Source of the DNA: Candidatus Hydrothermarchaeota archaeon
Lineage (GTDB): Archaea; CAYFZR01
Reading direction: 5' to 3'
Length of the DNA stretch: 64,000 nucleotides
Assembly: GCA_046760505.1 (NCBI GenBank)
Contig: JBHIEG010000001.1
Coordinates: forward strand, 52,023 to 116,022
This document shows positions 61,074 through 64,000 of this stretch, piece after piece; position 1 is the stretch's first letter; every line of letters begins with the position of its first letter. The position numbers were made by a program, and so were the translations under genes. The notes beneath the pieces were generated by a model. The model did no database searches. It was given only the letters and a program-made list of their open reading frames with translations, and had not been told where the DNA came from.

Positions 61074-63700
61074 ACTTCTCCCTCTATGGTCTCCATGACT
61101 CTTTTATGGAAGTCTCTTAAGAGTGCTAACTTATCTTTAACAAAAACAACATCGCTTGCCCCCATGGTAGCTATTCCAAATGCCATGGGGCTTGGCGATC
61201 TAGAAAATTTCTCTGTTATCTGGATCTTGCCCGACTTTATACCTCCTAATATTTCTTTTATATTCTCAACCTCGAATTTATCTTCTATAATCTCTCTGTA
61301 ACTCTCTCTCAACACAGCGAAGTCATCCAACTTCTTTGCAAAATATATGAGCATATCGGCGCTGATTTGCTGTCTTCTTGCACTTTTTTTCCTTCCTTTG
61401 TAGTTCCTTAGTATCATAAAAGATCTTGCAGCATTTATTCTAAATATTCTCTTTAATAGATGTGTATTCTCGACAGATCTTTCTAAAATATCTTCGCAGT
61501 TCATTTTGCTTATCTCGATAAGGTAATTCTTTAAATTTACCTTTCTGTTAATAGGAAGAGAAAGTAAAAAACCCGTGTCGCATATAGCAATGGATATGTT
61601 ACTCGTTTCTCTTTCAGAAATCAAATAGGCGAGCATTCTGCTAAAACCATCGTTAAATCTCATGCCATAGTTTGTTAGGACATAAAAATTGCGTCTGTAA
61701 TTCTCTCTATCAAGATTTTCTTCTATAACTATTCTTTCTACTGTAGAAATAGAATCATGTCCCAAATATCTTATCTGATGGTCGAAGATTTCATATATGC
61801 TTCTGGCTGAATTCTCGTCAATTGGATACTCTTCCATTATCTTTTTTAAGACGTCTTCTTTTTTGTTGTTTTTCATGAGCTCAATCATCTCTGCTTTGAA
61901 CATCAACACGTGCTTTCCAAGATCAAAAGACAAGGGCAAGCGTTCCGAGAACCAATTAGGAATGGTAGGTCTCTCATTCGTAACATCGACGTATATATTT
62001 CCTCCTCTTCTATACCTAAATTTGTATTTCTTCCCTCCAAGGACAAATACGTCTCCCCTGTTTAGTCTTTCCAAATACTTCTCGTCCAACTTTCCTACCC
62101 ATCTGTCGTCTCTCGTGTAAACGTCGCATGAAAATTCATCAGGAATCGTTCCTAGGTTTAAGAAGTATATCATCCGAGAATATTTACCCCTTCTCCCTAT
62201 CATATTGGTCTCTTCGTCATACCAGATCTTTGCATAAACGTTTCTCTCTTCTAGTCCAGCATATCTTCCGGAAAGGTAATTTATAACGCTCATGAAGTCC
62301 TCGTCTCTGATATTCTCATAACAATAGGATCTCTTTATTATCCTCTTCACATCCTCTATGTTCCATCTCTTCTCCAGAGACATGCCATACAGATGCTGAC
62401 ACAGAACGTCTAAACAATTCTTTGGAATATGTATTTTATCAACAAAGCCCTCCTTTCCTTTTTTTAGCATTACAGCACACTCAATAAGCTCATCTCTATC
62501 TAATGCTATTATTCTACCCTTTACTATCTGATCAAGACTATGACCTGCCCTTCCTATTCTTTGAAGCAAAGCAGCAACTGACTTTGGAGAGCCTATCTGT
62601 ATAACCAAATCGAGGTGGGGCATGTCTATACCAAGTTCTAAGGAGGTGGATGAAGTTACAACCTTTATATCACCGTTCTTCAATTTGTCTTCTATCTCTA
62701 CTCTTCCATGCTTGCCCATTGAACCGTGATGACATCCTGAATTTTCCTCATTATAAAACTCTGGATAACGTGTTCTAAGATTGTAGAGAACTCTTTCTGC
62801 TCCATTTCTTGTATTAGTGAAAATTAAGGTATTTTTATGCTCATTTACTAAATTATGGATCATTTCATAAAGTTTATTGCTTAATTCCTCTGATGTCGTA
62901 TATATAAGATCTGGAACAGGACATAAAAGTCTTATATCGAATTTTCTTGCAAATCTGGTATCAACAATCTTTACTTGTCTATCCTTTCCAACCAAAAACC
63001 TTCCTACCTCTTCCAAAGGTTCTATCGTGGCTGAACATCCAATTCTAACAAAACCGCTTGCAATCTCTTCTAAACGTTCTAAACTTAAAGAAAGATGTAC
63101 TCCTCTCTTTGAGCCTGCGAGAGAGTGGATTTCGTCTACGATTACCCATCTGACCGTTTTAAGTTTTTCTTTGAATCTGGGAGAATTTAAAAGTATGCCT
63201 AAGGTCTCAGGAGTAGTATTAAGAATGTGAGGTGTCTTCTTCAGCATCTTAGATCTCTCTGCAGTAGAAATATCCCCGTGACGGATGGCATGCCTTATTT
63301 CCTCTACTTCCAAGCCTCTTTCAGATGCTATTTTCTTTATCTCCGACAGTGGTTGTTCCAGGTTCTTATTGATGTCGTTTGCAAGCGATCTTAAAGGAGA
63401 AATATAAAGGCAATAAACGCTATTTGACAAACCCTCATTCTTTGAGAGAACGAATAATTTATTTATAATTGATATAAATGCCGATAGAGTTTTTCCGGAA
63501 CCTGTGGGGGCGCATATCAAAACGTTTTCGTCTCCATAAATTAATGGAACCGCTATTTTTTGTGGAGGGGTGAAAATTTCTTTGCCAGATGAAAAGGTCC
63601 TTATCCACCATTCTCTAATCGTATCATCAAATAAATTCAGTATTTCCTCATCACTCAACTTTGGCTCGGTGATGATTTCTTCCTTCATGTTCTTCTCCAT
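61070..63700 (-). CDS. lhr: Lhr-family SF2 ATP-dependent helicase
   Basis: APTGSGKT, SPLRSLAND, TTPETL, DEIH, SAT, HHGS, SLELGID, QRIGRAGH. Confidence 0.93.
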   Translation of the reverse strand: MEKNMKEEIITEPKLSDEEILNLFDDTIREWWIRTFSSGKEIFTPPQKIAVPLIYGDENVLICAPTGSGKTLSAFISIINKLFVLSKNEGLSNSVYCLYISPLRSLANDINKNLEQPLSEIKKIASERGLEVEEIRHAIRHGDISTAERSKMLKKTPHILNTTPETLGILLNSPRFKEKLKTVRWVIVDEIHSLAGSKRGVHLSLSLERLEEIASGFVRIGCSATIEPLEEVGRFLVGKDRQVKIVDTRFARKFDIRLLCPVPDLIYTTSEELSNKLYEMIHNLVNEHKNTLIFTNTRNGAERVLYNLRTRYPEFYNEENSGCHHGSMGKHGRVEIEDKLKNGDIKVVTSSTSLELGIDMPHLDLVIQIGSPKSVAALLQRIGRAGHSLDQIVKGRIIALDRDELIECAVMLKKGKEGFVDKIHIPKNCLDVLCQHLYGMSLEKRWNIEDVKRIIKRSYCYENIRDEDFMSVINYLSGRYAGLEERNVYAKIWYDEETNMIGRRGKYSRMIYFLNLGTIPDEFSCDVYTRDDRWVGKLDEKYLERLNRGDVFVLGGKKYKFRYRRGGNIYVDVTNERPTIPNWFSERLPLSFDLGKHVLMFKAEMIELMKNNKKEDVLKKIMEEYPIDENSARSIYEIFDHQIRYLGHDSISTVERIVIEENLDRENYRRNFYVLTNYGMRFNDGFSRMLAYLISERETSNISIAICDTGFLLSLPINRKVNLKNYLIEISKMNCEDILERSVENTHLLKRIFRINAARSFMILRNYKGRKKSARRQQISADMLIYFAKKLDDFAVLRESYREIIEDKFEVENIKEILGGIKSGKIQITEKFSRSPSPMAFGIATMGASDVVFVKDKLALLRDFHKRVMETIEGEV

Positions 63701-63791
63701 TTACTATTTCTAGAAAATTTTTATGCTGAACTTATCGTTTTGCAAGATAGTTGAGATCATTTAAATATTTTCCAACCTCCACTTATTAAGT

Positions 63792-63926
63792 ATGAGGGAT
63801 GATAGGGTTACGGTAAGGATGCCAAAAAAACACATAGAAGAGATAGATTCTTTGGTAAGAAAGGGCAAGTTTTCTTCAAGGAGTGAGGTAATTAGAGAGG
63901 CAGTAAAGAGTTTTGTTACTCACTGA
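63792..63926 (+). CDS. 44-aa ribbon-helix-helix (CopG/MetJ-type) protein, not in ORF track
   Basis: Manual translation MRDDRVTVRMPKKHIEEIDSLVRKGKFSSRSEVIREAVKSFVTH. Confidence 0.85.
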   Translation: MRDDRVTVRMPKKHIEEIDSLVRKGKFSSRSEVIREAVKSFVTH

Positions 63927-64000
63927 GAGATAACGCGGCTCATTGCATGGAGTGTGGCTCGCTCCACCCGCAAATCTATCTAAAATTATTTTATGCAACG

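Noticed and set aside
63930-63975. tRNA or fluoride riboswitch at the window end
   Set aside because: No cloverleaf/T-loop motif or matching riboswitch consensus; kept only as an unclassified hairpin.

Overview
AT-rich, gene-dense window from an anaerobic archaeon. The archaeal histone, Mre11/Rad50, two CDC48 paralogues, FtsZ, NrpR, HdrCB, AOR-family oxidoreductase and GGAGGTGA-type ribosome-binding sites suggest a Euryarchaeota-like lineage; finer taxonomy cannot be fixed by eye. Most of it is housekeeping: a nitrogen cluster (glnK, nrpR, glnA with a perfect GGAA-N6-TTCC operator), rpiA, trkAH, carB-argG, hisI, mtaB, hsp20-cdc48, an ABC-2 exporter, hdrCB and lhr-phosphoesterase-aor-aldolase. 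The best candidate for an undescribed system is at 1-6.7 kb, where mre11-rad50 overlaps tail-to-tail with a 1017-aa Dna2-like protein (Fe-S PD-(D/E)XK nuclease plus SF1B helicase) and no nurA/herA is present in the window. This could be a eukaryote-like Mre11-Rad50-Dna2 resection module or a defence module. Other oddities: a head-to-head Lrp/glnK junction with both 5' ends and the promoter missing, a GvpD/KaiC-like ATPase with an inserted Cys-rich domain between twin thioesterases, a 97-nt intergenic stem-loop, a frameshifted C-GCAxxG-C-C remnant, and a 44-aa ribbon-helix-helix gene missed by the ORF track. No rRNA, tRNA, CRISPR array or transposase was seen. All family assignments come from motif recognition by eye, not database searches.
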